64,000 nucleotides of DNA from a bacterium (GTDB lineage: Bacteria > UBA10199 > JADFYH01). The stretch lies in NCBI GenBank assembly GCA_046346885.1, contig JAXMHI010000010.1, positions 56,632-120,631 of the forward strand, written 5' to 3'. The position numbers and the translations under genes were made by a program. Under the pieces are notes generated by a model, which was not told the DNA's origin, ran no database searches, and was given only the letters and a program-made list of their open reading frames with translations. Positions within the stretch are counted from its first letter, which is position 1. The number at the start of each line of letters is the position of its first letter. Positions 38,011 through 48,509 of this stretch are shown here, piece after piece.

Positions 38011-38880
38011 ATGAGAACTTCCCGCCCTCCTCATCGATGGCTTTTCAACCTCTTCCTTCTGTGCGGAATCTGCGTTTCTTTCCCTCCGTTCGCGGAGGCG
38101 GACACGACGGCCACCACCGCCCAAGCGCATGCCAGCAAAAGCCACTCGATGAAGCGGCGCCACCCGGGCGAAGGGCGGGCGAACTTTTCTCTAAGCCTGG
38201 AAGTGGACCAAATTAAAGACGGCGGCACCGTGGGCATCTACGAATTCTTCGGGGAATACGCCGTGCACCCCCGTTTTTGGGTGGGCTTCAGCGTGCCTTT
38301 TTGGTCGATTCGGGGAGGGCTCTTACCCTCCAACGACCACCTAGGCGACATCGGGCTTCATTTAAAAGGAGTCATTTGGAAGCATAAACACCCCAAGCTC
38401 GCACTCGATTTCGGCTCCAGTTTTTATTTTCCCACCGGCAACGCGGACGAAAGCCTGGGCGCCGGGGTGACGGTGGCCGATCCCTTTCTCAATCTCTCCT
38501 ACGAATGGAAGCGACTCAGCTTCTATCAATGGGTAGAAGGTTCTTTTCAGATGGCGGAAGTGGTGAACCCCAGTCTCTTATTTGAAACGGGGATGAACGT
38601 GATTTTAATCCGAGGCGCCCTTCCCTTGCACTTTCTCCTTTCGCTGCAAGGCTCCACCTTTTTCGTGAACGATAAATTCCGCGACAAGACCACTCAGCTT
38701 TACATTTTTTCGGGGCTTTCCCTCGACCTCACCCGCCACTGGAGCGCCACCCTCGCCGGAAAGGCGCTCGTGAGCGGCGACCTTTCGCTCAAGCCCAACT
38801 TAGACGCGACGGATACGGCGACGGGCCTTTTGAGCGACGTGAAGGTGGGATTTTTATTCAACTTGGGCTATTCTTTTTAA
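38011..38880 (+). CDS. Putative outer-membrane beta-barrel protein
   Basis: Signal peptide, alternating amphipathic strands, and a C-terminal FNLGYSF ending in Phe. Confidence 0.5.
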   Translation: MRTSRPPHRWLFNLFLLCGICVSFPPFAEADTTATTAQAHASKSHSMKRRHPGEGRANFSLSLEVDQIKDGGTVGIYEFFGEYAVHPRFWVGFSVPFWSIRGGLLPSNDHLGDIGLHLKGVIWKHKHPKLALDFGSSFYFPTGNADESLGAGVTVADPFLNLSYEWKRLSFYQWVEGSFQMAEVVNPSLLFETGMNVILIRGALPLHFLLSLQGSTFFVNDKFRDKTTQLYIFSGLSLDLTRHWSATLAGKALVSGDLSLKPNLDATDTATGLLSDVKVGFLFNLGYSF

Positions 38881-38895
38881 AAAGGAGATTTTTTT

Positions 38896-39387
38896 ATGAA
38901 ACGCTTTCTTTTCGCTCTCGCATTGCTCACCCTGCCCCTCCTCGCCCACGCGGCTCCCTTGAAAAAAGGAGACCCGGCGCCGGATTTCAAGACGGTGGAC
39001 GAGCAAGGCAAGCCGGTCGCCTTAAAAGACTTCCTCGGCAAAGCGGTACTCCTCTACTTCTACCCGAAGGACGACACGCCCGGCTGCACGACGGAGGCCC
39101 AGAGCTTTCGCGACCATTATTCCGAATTTCAAAATTTAGACACGGTGGTGTTGGGGATTAGCTTCGACACGGTCGAATCCCACCAAAAGTTTAAGCAGAA
39201 AAACCAGCTTCCCTTTCCTTTGCTCGTCGATAGTGACCATAAAATCGCCCAGGCTTACGGCGTCACGGGCACCGACCTCGCCTCGCGGGACGTGATTCTG
39301 ATCGACGATAAGGGCAAGATTATGCGGGTAATCCGCTCGGTGAATCCGGCAACGGTGGTAAGCGAACTTCTCAAAAATACTTACTGA
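38896..39387 (+). CDS. bcp: Peroxiredoxin, Bcp-type (secreted form)
   Basis: Signal peptide, then FYPKDDTPGCTTEA active-site motif. Confidence 0.85.
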   Translation: MKRFLFALALLTLPLLAHAAPLKKGDPAPDFKTVDEQGKPVALKDFLGKAVLLYFYPKDDTPGCTTEAQSFRDHYSEFQNLDTVVLGISFDTVESHQKFKQKNQLPFPLLVDSDHKIAQAYGVTGTDLASRDVILIDDKGKIMRVIRSVNPATVVSELLKNTY

Positions 39388-39900
39388 TTAAAACCGCTTC
39401 AAAACCAAATCGGCCAGTTTGAGGAGCTGCCCCTGCGCATTGGGACCGGCGGGAATTCCGAGAACGAAGACCAAGCTCCCCTTCCGCACCACAATCGTGG
39501 CGAAGGGCGGACCACCGGAGACGGCATTCAGAGACCCGCGGGCCTCGTCCGCGCCGGGAACGGCCATGGGGCTCAGTACCGAACTGGATTCTCCGGCGGC
39601 GGTATCTTGCGTCGCCTTCACTTCCGCCGGGTTGGCGCCCGCCGGGTAAAAAACGTCCAATTCGATGCCGCCGGTGGCACTGGATTTTCCGGCGTAAACG
39701 CAATACGCGCTGCTGCCGCCATCCTGCACGTTGGCGGTCGGGTTCGCCCCTTTCGCGATCCCCACTGCTTGCAAATCCGCGACGGTGAGGGCTCCGCACA
39801 GGGCGGCTCCCGACTTGGGTGAAATGGCGGCGGCCCTCCCAGGTTGCGCGCACAAGAAAAGAGCGGCGAGGGCAGAAAAGGCGGCGAATATTTTTTTCAT
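39388..39900 (-). CDS. Secreted hypothetical protein
   Basis: 170-aa ORF with signal peptide (ALAALFLCAQPGRA). I recognise no family. Its stop abuts the bcp stop. Confidence 0.5.
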   Translation of the reverse strand: MKKIFAAFSALAALFLCAQPGRAAAISPKSGAALCGALTVADLQAVGIAKGANPTANVQDGGSSAYCVYAGKSSATGGIELDVFYPAGANPAEVKATQDTAAGESSSVLSPMAVPGADEARGSLNAVSGGPPFATIVVRKGSLVFVLGIPAGPNAQGQLLKLADLVLKRF

Positions 39901-39920
39901 GGTCGATCTCCTTTTATTTT

Positions 39921-40349
39921 TTACCCGGGCGAATATTCGGAGGCCCGGATTCGCTTTTTGATTTTGGTCTTCAGCTCCTTGCCGTTCGGTTTTTTCAGGA
40001 TCATCTTATTGTCGCCCTCGAACCGCACGTCGATGGGGTCGCCAACGATCCAATCCCCCGGCTTGCCGAAGAAGATCGGCGTGTATTCGCCGACGTAAAC
40101 CAAATCTCCCGATTGCACGGTGATGAAATAATGCTTCTGCTCGTTGGTTTGCGGCGTCGTCACGGAGCGGTCGCCCTCTTTATGGGTGACGTAGGAGGTG
40201 GTTTTTTCTTTCTCTTCGCGGATGTCGAGAAGTTTACCCTGCTCATAGGCGGGAGGCGCCTTATCCTTGGCGTGGGCGAAGGAAAGCACCCCTGGAACGC
40301 CGACGAAGATGAAGAAGAATAAAACCCACCGACCCAAATTTCGCCGCAT
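39921..40349 (-). CDS. Secreted hypothetical protein
   Basis: 142-aa ORF with signal peptide ending SFAHA. Lys-rich with no recognised domain. Confidence 0.5.
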   Translation of the reverse strand: MRRNLGRWVLFFFIFVGVPGVLSFAHAKDKAPPAYEQGKLLDIREEKEKTTSYVTHKEGDRSVTTPQTNEQKHYFITVQSGDLVYVGEYTPIFFGKPGDWIVGDPIDVRFEGDNKMILKKPNGKELKTKIKKRIRASEYSPG

Positions 40350-40594
40350 CGAAACCTCCCGTTTTTAGCCACCTTCTTTTATCATTGCGACCGCAAAAAA
40401 ACAACGAAGGTTCGGGCATTCAGGAAAATTTCCTTTGGGCTATAAAAACCCCATCGATTCGGCATGCGGGCATAAATTTTATGGAGCAAATTGCCGGCAC
40501 CCTCAAATTCTCCTTGTGGATTTCCCCAACCTCGATAACCTTGACCGCATCCCCTTCTCCTCAATAGATCGCGATCAAAACGGGACTAAAGAGC

Positions 40595-41815
40595 ATGGAC
40601 GCCGTCGAAAAAACCACCCTCTTGATCATTTTAGTCGTGGGCGTGCTCGCCCCCCTGCTCTCCCATTTGACGCCGCGGGTGCGGCTGCCGGTGATCGTGC
40701 TGGAAATCGCGCTGGGGATTGTCGTGGGCCCCCAGGGTTTCCATTGGGGCGAAGTGGGGCCGGTGATCCACAGTTTAAGCCGCTTCGGCCTCGCCTTCCT
40801 CTTTTTCCTCGCGGGGTTCGAGATCAACTTCAACGTCATTCGCGGAAAACCCTTGAGGCTGGCCGGCGTCGGTTGGCTCTTCTCGCTCGCCCTCGCCCTC
40901 TCCTTGGGCAAGGTGTTGCAACTCACCCACCTCGTCTTCTCGGATATCGTCACTTCGGTGGTCCTCACCACCACGGCGCTCGGCGTCTTGCTCCCCATCT
41001 TGAAGGACGAGGGAGAAATGACCACCCGCCTTGGTGCTTACGCGGTCGCCACCGCCACGATGGGCGAATTCGGCCCCATCGTGATGATCTCGCTCCTCCT
41101 CACGAAGGAGGAAGGAGGCGGTTTCGAGACCCTCTCGTTCATGGCCCTCTTCACGTTGATCGTCATCGTCGCCGCCTTCTTGGCGGCCCGTTTGCGTCCC
41201 CCGGCCCTCATCGAATTTCTCCGCAAGAAAATGAACTCCAGCTCGGCCCTGCCCCTGCGCCTCTCGATCCTCATCTTGGCGATCCTGGTCACCCTCACCC
41301 AACAGTTCGGGCTCGAATCCATCCTCGGCGCCGTCGCGGCGGGAGTCGTCGTTTCGCTGGCCGCCGAAGGCGAAGGCCGAGCCCTCTTGCAGCAAAAATT
41401 CGAGGCCATCGGCTACGGTTTTCTCATCCCCATCTTCTTCATCGCCACGGGGATGACGTACGACTTAAACTCTCTCATCTCTTCCCCCGAAGGCCTGCTC
41501 CGCGTCCCCCTCTTCCTCCTCCTTTTCCTCATCGTGCGCGGGGTACCCGTTCTCCTTTACAAGGAGCTCCCCAAAAAAGACCTGATGCCCTTAGCCTTCT
41601 TTTCCGCCACGGCCCTTCCCTTAGTGGTCGCCATCACAGAGATCGGCGTGCAAACCCACCGAATGCGCCCCGAAAACGCGGCGGCGCTTGTGGGGGCGGG
41701 GATGATTTCGGTGTTTTGTTTTCCGGCGGTGGCGTTGGGTTTGAGGCGACGGGCGGGGGTTCTGAGGGAGAACAAGGGGAAAGGACTTTCTCGGGTGGAT
41801 TCATTGATTCCTTAG
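40595..41815 (+). CDS. Cation:proton antiporter (Na+/H+ exchanger family)
   Basis: 406-aa polytopic ORF (PVIVLEIALGIVVGPQGF.., FLFFLAGFEI). The 488-aa ORF at 40435..41901 is an out-of-frame Pro/Arg-rich shadow. Confidence 0.8.
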   Translation: MDAVEKTTLLIILVVGVLAPLLSHLTPRVRLPVIVLEIALGIVVGPQGFHWGEVGPVIHSLSRFGLAFLFFLAGFEINFNVIRGKPLRLAGVGWLFSLALALSLGKVLQLTHLVFSDIVTSVVLTTTALGVLLPILKDEGEMTTRLGAYAVATATMGEFGPIVMISLLLTKEEGGGFETLSFMALFTLIVIVAAFLAARLRPPALIEFLRKKMNSSSALPLRLSILILAILVTLTQQFGLESILGAVAAGVVVSLAAEGEGRALLQQKFEAIGYGFLIPIFFIATGMTYDLNSLISSPEGLLRVPLFLLLFLIVRGVPVLLYKELPKKDLMPLAFFSATALPLVVAITEIGVQTHRMRPENAAALVGAGMISVFCFPAVALGLRRRAGVLRENKGKGLSRVDSLIP

Positions 41816-41954
41816 CGAGCAGTCATGCCGGGCATCGGAAGAAATCAAAAGCCGCCAACTTCGATTACAACACAAGTTGTAAATTCAAGATAAAAAGGTA
41901 AATGATTATTTTATGGAGGGTTGGATATGTACCCGGCACTAGGTGTTAAAAAAT

Positions 41955-41989
41955 AAAAAAGCCTAAGTGAATTCACTTAGGCTTTTTTT
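41955..41989. terminator. Bidirectional rho-independent terminator
   Basis: A6 gcctaagtgaattcacttaggc T7 is a perfect 11-bp palindrome centred on GAATTC. Confidence 0.85.
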
Positions 41990-42011
41990 ACGAGCTTCAT
42001 TTCTTAATTAT

Positions 42012-42665
42012 TTATTTACATGAAGTTTGAACAAGGTCTTTTACTCCCTGTTCACTCAATAAATCCGCGGCGGACTTTTGGTTGAAATCACAGGCGGTTT
42101 GGACGTTTGTTTCTGACAAAACCAATGTGCTCGTACTAAAGCTTGTTGGGGTATAATTAAATCCATTTTTTATTTGGATGCTCGTGCAATCAGCGGGAAT
42201 GTCTTTTTCCGTTACATTGAGATTAAATGAAGCGGAAAATGTATTATTCAGGTTGTCCGCGGCCTGCCAATCACCAGACAAAGTATAGACATGGGTGTCA
42301 GTGGCAATGACGAAATCCTGCATGGTAAAATTTGCTCCTGTCCCCTGTGTTTTGGTCACGCTTATTTTCCCATTTAAGGTTTGACCGTAAAATACACAAT
42401 TTGAGAAATCCTGATCAACACCGACATCGTTGGTTCGTGTTCCACTTGAACAATTTACCGGTCTTCCGCCGACCGTGAGCGTCTGTGATGCAAATAAGGT
42501 CATCAAAGATTGGGCAAGATCTAAATTAAGATTGGAAAGATCTGAATTAGTCAAATTCGGACAGTTTGAATTTCCCGATCCACCGCCACAGCCAAGACTA
42601 GCCCAGTGGCCAAAAACCATCGTTAAGCATAGAAGTTTAAATAGAACAACACGACATCCTTTCAT
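42012..42665 (-). CDS. Lipoprotein, hypothetical (AT-rich islet)
   Basis: Lipobox ASLGCGGG. Asn/Thr/Ser-rich with 8 Cys. One hand-counted line inside the gene is 24/60 GC, lower than the surrounding genes. Confidence 0.55.
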   Translation of the reverse strand: MKGCRVVLFKLLCLTMVFGHWASLGCGGGSGNSNCPNLTNSDLSNLNLDLAQSLMTLFASQTLTVGGRPVNCSSGTRTNDVGVDQDFSNCVFYGQTLNGKISVTKTQGTGANFTMQDFVIATDTHVYTLSGDWQAADNLNNTFSASFNLNVTEKDIPADCTSIQIKNGFNYTPTSFSTSTLVLSETNVQTACDFNQKSAADLLSEQGVKDLVQTSCK

Positions 42666-42907
42666 GGGGGCTCCTTTTGAAGAAGGTTAATAATGTTTTA
42701 GATTCAATATTCAAAAAAGCGATATAAAAAATAAAAAAGTGCTGAAGTAAGAAAAAAAATTGTTTAGATTTTTTTATAGTAAACCGGTCGATTTGTGGCG
42801 GTTACTAATTTAGTATTTTCAACACTAAAAATTAGGCTTGGCAATCCGTGAGGCGCAACTTTCTCTACCCCTTGAGAAAACCCGCAAGCGAATGCTAATT
42901 TTCAATC

Positions 42908-43543
42908 ATGATCTTCATCGGCCAATACGATTCCCCCTTCGTCCGCAGAGTCGCCATCGCCATGCGCCGTTATGGGCTTGCCTGGGAGCATCGCCCCTGG
43001 TCGGTGGGCGGCAACGCGGAGGAAATCGCCGCCTTTAATCCCCTTCGCCGGGTTCCCGTGTTGGTGCTAGATTCGGGGGAGTGCCTGGTGGAAAGCTCCG
43101 CCATTCTCGATTATTTGGATGAACTCGTCGGCCCCGAGCGGGCCTTGCTTCCGCGAAGCGGCCCCGCGCGTCGCGCCGGGTTGCGCGTTTGCGCCCTGGC
43201 GACGGGGTTGGCGGATAAGGCGGTGAGTCTCGTGTACGAGCGGGCCCTTCGGGCGGGGCATGAAAGCCCCGTGTGGGTGGCCCGCTGCAAAACCCAAATT
43301 GAAGGCGCCTTGGCGTTTTTGGAAAAAGAACGGGCGGCCTCGCCGGGCGAATGGTGGTTGAAGGAAGGCTTCAGCCACGCGGATATCGCCGTGGGTTGCG
43401 CCCTCACCTTTCTCGCCCAAGCCCACCCGGATTTATTCGTCGCGGACCAACGGCCCGCGCTGGCGGCGCACGTTCAACGATGCGAGGCGCTGGCGGAGTT
43501 TAGGGAAATCAATCAACCGCTTATCGTGAGCATGAAAAAATAA
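42908..43543 (+). CDS. Glutathione S-transferase family protein
   Basis: N-terminal thioredoxin-like part (SPFVRRV..NPLRRVPVLV..ESSAILDYLDE) and a helical C-domain. Confidence 0.8.
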   Translation: MIFIGQYDSPFVRRVAIAMRRYGLAWEHRPWSVGGNAEEIAAFNPLRRVPVLVLDSGECLVESSAILDYLDELVGPERALLPRSGPARRAGLRVCALATGLADKAVSLVYERALRAGHESPVWVARCKTQIEGALAFLEKERAASPGEWWLKEGFSHADIAVGCALTFLAQAHPDLFVADQRPALAAHVQRCEALAEFREINQPLIVSMKK

Positions 43544-43656
43544 AAAGCGCCTCTTCCCCCAGGATAAGGCCCAAATTGCTCAGGCTTTTTTGCACTTCCT
43601 TGATTACCCCTACCCGTAGTTCTATATAGATTGAAGACATCGGTATCAAAACCAAG

Positions 43657-45456
43657 ATGCCCAAACAAAAAAACAAAATTCTCTCCGCCTTCCGCGAAAG
43701 CCTCGTTCAGTTACGCCGCACGCTCCTGCTCGCTTGGGAAGGCTCGCCAAAAGCCTTCCTTGGAATTCTTGCGCTCACCTTGATCTCCGCGATTTTACCG
43801 CTCGGCATCGCCTATGCGGGAAAACGCATTGTCGATGCCGTGGTGGCTCGGTCTTTCGAGCAGACTCTTCATTGGGTGTTGGGCGAATTGGCGCTGGTCT
43901 CCGCGCAGGCCGTGGTGCAACGCGGTCTGTTTTTGATGCGGTCGCTTTTGGGGGCGCGCTTGGGGCTCGACGTCAACGTGCGGATCTTGGAGAAAGCGCT
44001 GGGCCTGGAGCTGCCGCAGTTTGAGGATTCCGAATTTTACGACCGCCTCACCCGCGCCCGGCGGGAAGCCTCTTCGAGGCCGGTGGCGATGGTGAATGAC
44101 TCCCTGCAACTTCTGCAAAATGCCTTGACCCTTTTGGGATACATCGGCCTTTTGGTGTCTTACAGCCCTTGGCTGACGCTGGCCCTGGTCTTCGCCGCCC
44201 TCCCCGCGACGCTCGTGGAGATGCGTTTTTCGAACGTGGCCTTCCGCCTGCGCAACTGGCGATCCCCGGATTCGCGCCGCTTAAACTACATCGAATACGT
44301 GCTCGCCAACGACGAGAACGTGAAAGAAGTGAAACTTTTCCGCCTGGGAACGCCTCTTTTGAAGCGCTATCGCGAACTGGGAGAACGCTTTTATCGCGAA
44401 GACAAAGACCTTTCGATCCGCCGCTCGGCCTGGGCCTACCTGCTTTCCATCCTGGCCACCGCCGTTTTCTACGCCGGTTACGGATTACTGGCCGTCGCCG
44501 CGGCGGCCGGGCGGCTGACCTTGGGCAATCTCACGCTTTACGTCGTCGCCTTCCGGCAGGGGCAACAGGCGTTTCAATCTTGCCTCACCGCGATCGGCAG
44601 CATGTACGAGCACAACCTCTACATGTCGAACCTCTTCGAGTTTCTCTCCATCCCGCAACGCTCGCACTCCAAGGGGACGGAAACCCAAGGCAGAGGAGAG
44701 AAGGAAGGCATTCGTTTCGAGGGAGTCGGTTTTCGCTACCCCGGCAGCGAAGAATGGGCCTTGCGCGACATTACCTTGGCGATCCCGCCGCGCCAAAGCC
44801 TGGCGTTGGTCGGGCATAACGGAGCGGGAAAAACCACGTTGATCAAACTCTTGTGCGGCTTCTACGCGCCCACGGAAGGGCGAATCCTCCTCGACGGCGT
44901 CGATCTTCAGGAGTGGGACGAAGATAAATTGCGCCGAAGGATCAGCGCCGTTTTCCAAGATTTCAACCAATACCAGTTTACGTTGAGGGAAAACATCGCC
45001 TTCGGGGATTTCGATTACGCGGGGGATGACGCCCACGTGAAGCGAGCGGTCGCGCGCGGAGGGGCGGAAGAGATCGTGACGGGCTTGCCTCAAGGGCTGG
45101 AAACCCAGCTCGGGCGTTGGTTTATCGACGGGGCGGAGCTCTCGGGCGGCCAGTGGCAGAAGGTCGCCCTCGCCCGGGCCTTCATGCGTGAAGAAGCGGA
45201 CATCCTCATCCTTGATGAGCCGACCGCCGCGCTAGACGCGGAAGCGGAGAAGATGGTCTTCGACCGCTTCCGGGAGCTGGCCCGCGATAGGACCTCGCTC
45301 CTCATCTCCCATCGCTTTCCCACCGTGCGCTTGGCGGACCGAATCGTGGTGATCGAACACGGCCGAATCCTCGAACAAGGCAACCACGCCTCTCTCGTTG
45401 CGGCCAAAGGCCGCTATGCGCAGCTCTTCGCCTTGCAAGCGGAGGGATATAGCTGA
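43657..45456 (+). CDS. ABC exporter, fused permease/ATPase
   Basis: Six-TM domain, then Walker A GHNGAGKTTL, signature LSGGQWQKVALARA, Walker B ILILDEPTAALD. Confidence 0.9.
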   Translation: MPKQKNKILSAFRESLVQLRRTLLLAWEGSPKAFLGILALTLISAILPLGIAYAGKRIVDAVVARSFEQTLHWVLGELALVSAQAVVQRGLFLMRSLLGARLGLDVNVRILEKALGLELPQFEDSEFYDRLTRARREASSRPVAMVNDSLQLLQNALTLLGYIGLLVSYSPWLTLALVFAALPATLVEMRFSNVAFRLRNWRSPDSRRLNYIEYVLANDENVKEVKLFRLGTPLLKRYRELGERFYREDKDLSIRRSAWAYLLSILATAVFYAGYGLLAVAAAAGRLTLGNLTLYVVAFRQGQQAFQSCLTAIGSMYEHNLYMSNLFEFLSIPQRSHSKGTETQGRGEKEGIRFEGVGFRYPGSEEWALRDITLAIPPRQSLALVGHNGAGKTTLIKLLCGFYAPTEGRILLDGVDLQEWDEDKLRRRISAVFQDFNQYQFTLRENIAFGDFDYAGDDAHVKRAVARGGAEEIVTGLPQGLETQLGRWFIDGAELSGGQWQKVALARAFMREEADILILDEPTAALDAEAEKMVFDRFRELARDRTSLLISHRFPTVRLADRIVVIEHGRILEQGNHASLVAAKGRYAQLFALQAEGYS

Positions 45457-45484
45457 GGGAAGAAACGAAGGGGGAAGGAATAAT

Positions 45485-46756
45485 CTAAGGACTCACCCCC
45501 AACGAAAACACCGTCCCATACTGATACACCATCGACGGATCATTCTGCCCGCCCGCTTGCGTCAGCCCGTAAAGCGTCTTCCCGTCCGCGCTCACCGTGA
45601 CGTTGTCGATGGGGTACGCCCCGCTCGTCTTGGCGTGAAAAGAAGCAAGGCGCTGATAGCCGCCGCCGTCCGTCTTGATTTGAAAGACCGTGCCTTCGTC
45701 GTGCGTCCCGCCTTTTCGAGTCATGCCGTAGAGCCAATTTCCGGAGAGGGTAAGAGAGCCATAAGGTTCTTCCCCGTCGTTCGCGGAATCGGGGAAGCTA
45801 TGCAAAAGCTTGAATCCGCTCCCGTCCGCGTTGAGTTGAAAGATCACGCCCTTGTCTTGGGCGCCGCCGTTCGTCGTCATGCCGTAGAGCACGCCGTTCA
45901 CGTCGAGAAGAAAACCGTGGTCGCTGGTGGCGCCGTCTTGGCTGCCTCCCGTGAAGGAATGCAGCACTTGGTAATGACCGGAAGCGAGATCGTAGCTGAA
46001 CACCACGCCGAAATCGGAAGCACCTCCCTTGCGGGTGATACCGAACAACTTGTCGCCGCCGTCGCTTAAGGTCAGTCGCCCGTGGGGCTGGCTTCCGCTG
46101 GCCTTGGCGAAGGAGTACAAAACCTGAAACCCGCCGCCGTTCGGATTCATCTTATAAATCGTCCCCTCGTTGTTGGCTCCGCCTAACGCGGTCATTCCGT
46201 AGAGAGCTCCGCCCGCCGACGCGAAGCAGCTGTGGGATTGGGAACCGTCCCCCACCCCGCCCGAAAAGGCGTGCAAGGCGCTGTAGCTTCCGCCCCCGGC
46301 GGGAAGGCTGAATAAAACGCCGTTGCCGTTGGAGGCGGAATTGTCGGTATTCCCCCCTTGAAGGGCCGCGCCGTAAAGCGTTCCCGAATCGAAGAGCATG
46401 GCGTCATGGTGGGGCTGATTGCCGGCGCCGTTTGCCGCACCGGGGGTGAAGGAATAAAGGACCTGAAAAGCGGAACCGTCGGTATTGAGCTGAAAGACCG
46501 CCCCGTTATTCGCCGCTCCGCCGAGCGCGGTTCGACCGTAGAGCACGGTCCCGTTCGGATCCAAGGTAAGAGAGCCCTTGGCGGTGGCGCCGTCTTGTCC
46601 CGAAAAATTGTGCAGCACTTGAACGCTGCCGTCCTCGTCGCTGCGGCCGGAACTACAGGCGTAAAACGCCGCAAACGCGACCGCCACCCACAAGAATAAA
46701 CCCCATCGCTTTCCAAAATGCGGCGGTCGTTCACGCTTAGGATCCGTCATCATCAT
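45485..46756 (-). CDS. Secreted repeat protein, choice-of-anchor GloVer-type tandem repeats
   Basis: About 8 repeats of the pattern LYG.T..GG....G..F.....G..(Y/F)..L(H/Y)SF (for example LYGMTALGGANNEGTIYKMNPNGGGFQVLYSF). Confidence 0.65.
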   Translation of the reverse strand: MMMTDPKRERPPHFGKRWGLFLWVAVAFAAFYACSSGRSDEDGSVQVLHNFSGQDGATAKGSLTLDPNGTVLYGRTALGGAANNGAVFQLNTDGSAFQVLYSFTPGAANGAGNQPHHDAMLFDSGTLYGAALQGGNTDNSASNGNGVLFSLPAGGGSYSALHAFSGGVGDGSQSHSCFASAGGALYGMTALGGANNEGTIYKMNPNGGGFQVLYSFAKASGSQPHGRLTLSDGGDKLFGITRKGGASDFGVVFSYDLASGHYQVLHSFTGGSQDGATSDHGFLLDVNGVLYGMTTNGGAQDKGVIFQLNADGSGFKLLHSFPDSANDGEEPYGSLTLSGNWLYGMTRKGGTHDEGTVFQIKTDGGGYQRLASFHAKTSGAYPIDNVTVSADGKTLYGLTQAGGQNDPSMVYQYGTVFSLGVSP

Positions 46757-46891
46757 AATGGCTCCTTTCGGCTTGAAAATTTCGGGAGGAAGATTGCGTC
46801 ATTGTAGGGCGACTCGGAGGCGAGACAAAGAGAAAAGAATCCATTAAAGCTGGAAGGAAAAATAAAACGGGAACTCGCCCCTCAAGCCATT

Positions 46892-48436
46892 TTATTGAAT
46901 CTCTTTTACCATCCACCATAACTCGTCGCCGCGAATAGCCAAATAACCCACTTTCTTGCCGTCCGGGCTGAATTGCGGAAGCGTCTGCGGCATGATCCAA
47001 TCTTTCTCGTCACTCAAGAGTTTTCCTTTTACTGCGAGATAAGAGGCGGGATCGGAGCAAGTCATCCCCTTGTAGGGCTCAGGGCAAGCGAAATCACGGT
47101 CGGATCGGGTCCAATAGACGATATTTTTGCTATCGGGAGTGAAAAAAGGCACGATCAGGGTGGAGTTGTCGAAAGGAGGAGTGGGATTTTCCTTCCCGTC
47201 CTCCACGACGAGTATCGGTTTCAATTCGTGCCCCTTGGGTTTCTCGTCGCGAGCCATGTAGACATATCGGCGGCTATCGGGACTGAAAGAAAATCGGTCG
47301 GAAACGTATTCGTGTGCTTTCTCCTCTTTCCCGTCCACAACGTAAAAATGCTTATCGTTCAGCTTGCGGGAGGCTTTGAAGGCGAATCGATTGCCGTCGG
47401 GGCTTAAAATCATCTCGCCGACGAAAAAGTAAGGACCGTATTCTTTCCCGTTCACGCGGTAATAATATTTCCCATCGACTTTTTTACTCCGAAGTTCTCG
47501 GATCGATCCGGTTTTCTCGACGGAAAGATCTTCCGAGAAATCCTGGTCCACTTTCCAAGAAGAGGCCGAAGGGGAAGAAACCTGCGGCGTGACTTCCCGC
47601 TCCGCCCCGTTCTCGTAAACCCATGGCTTTCCTTCCCGAGTGCCCGCGCAACGGAGGATATTGGTCATGCGGAACTTCAAGGCATCGCAGGAAACGTTCG
47701 AAAAAGGCTTCCCGACCGCCTTTCCGTCGACGACCAAGACGTAAGGGCCTATTCCCCCGTGCTCGTTCCAATCCCGCTCTTCTAAGATAAAATAATAACC
47801 CTTATTGTCGGCGCCGAACCCGCTCTCATGAAGCCTCGGGCTTTTGATCTTCGCCAAGGAAGCCAAAGAAATCACCTCGTCCTTTTGGGCATCTCCCAAC
47901 ACTATTTCGCATTTCGTGAAAGACGGAAGAGGATAGGAGGTTCCCGGCTTGAAATAGCAAGGCTCATAAAGGATTCTGCGGCCATCCGGACTCATCGCTT
48001 CCCTCATCCTCGAAGGATCCAGCTTCTCGAGTTCCCAATAATCGAAGAAGGGACCCTCCCGCCCGTTGATGACGAGGGAGTAGCGCTTGCCTTTCTGGCC
48101 GATGTAGAAAAGGGTTTCTGTTTTTTCGTCGAAAAGCAAGTGGCTGAAGGTGTCGAAGCGGTCGAAGGAAAGAGGCGCGAGGTCTTTGAGAAAAAGGCCA
48201 CTCCCTGAATAATAAATAAAGACCGGCTTACCCAAATCGGACTCTTTCGGGCCGAAAAAATAGTAATCGTCTCCCCTCGAGGAAGAATGAAGATGGATCT
48301 CCTTCACCCACTCATGGTTCACTTCCCCGATTTTTTTGGATTCAGGAAACGTATTTAAATTGATGGGTTCCGCGTAAAGGTTCGAAAGGAAGGAAAAGAA
48401 AAAAAGAACCGCCCACCCCGCCCGACTGAAACTCAT
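46892..48436 (-). CDS. PD40 / TolB-like beta-propeller repeat protein, secreted
   Basis: ATG at 48436 (MSFSRAGWAVLFFFSFLSNLYA). Repeated SPDG..(I/F/V)(A/L/V)(F/Y) blades (SPDGRRILY, SPDGNRFAF, SPDSRRYVY, TPDSKNIVY, SPDGKKVGY). Confidence 0.65.
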   Translation of the reverse strand: MSFSRAGWAVLFFFSFLSNLYAEPINLNTFPESKKIGEVNHEWVKEIHLHSSSRGDDYYFFGPKESDLGKPVFIYYSGSGLFLKDLAPLSFDRFDTFSHLLFDEKTETLFYIGQKGKRYSLVINGREGPFFDYWELEKLDPSRMREAMSPDGRRILYEPCYFKPGTSYPLPSFTKCEIVLGDAQKDEVISLASLAKIKSPRLHESGFGADNKGYYFILEERDWNEHGGIGPYVLVVDGKAVGKPFSNVSCDALKFRMTNILRCAGTREGKPWVYENGAEREVTPQVSSPSASSWKVDQDFSEDLSVEKTGSIRELRSKKVDGKYYYRVNGKEYGPYFFVGEMILSPDGNRFAFKASRKLNDKHFYVVDGKEEKAHEYVSDRFSFSPDSRRYVYMARDEKPKGHELKPILVVEDGKENPTPPFDNSTLIVPFFTPDSKNIVYWTRSDRDFACPEPYKGMTCSDPASYLAVKGKLLSDEKDWIMPQTLPQFSPDGKKVGYLAIRGDELWWMVKEIQ

Positions 48437-48509
48437 GGAGCCTCCGCAAAAAGGTTGGCCCTCTCTCTCCTTCTTTATAGGAAAAAGCGGGGGCACCTTC
48501 AATCTTATT

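Noticed and set aside
40435-41901. 488-aa Pro/Arg/Gly-rich ORF
   Set aside because: It is an alternative frame on the same strand as the well-supported antiporter gene (40595..41815). Its composition is typical of an out-of-frame reading of GC-rich membrane-protein DNA.
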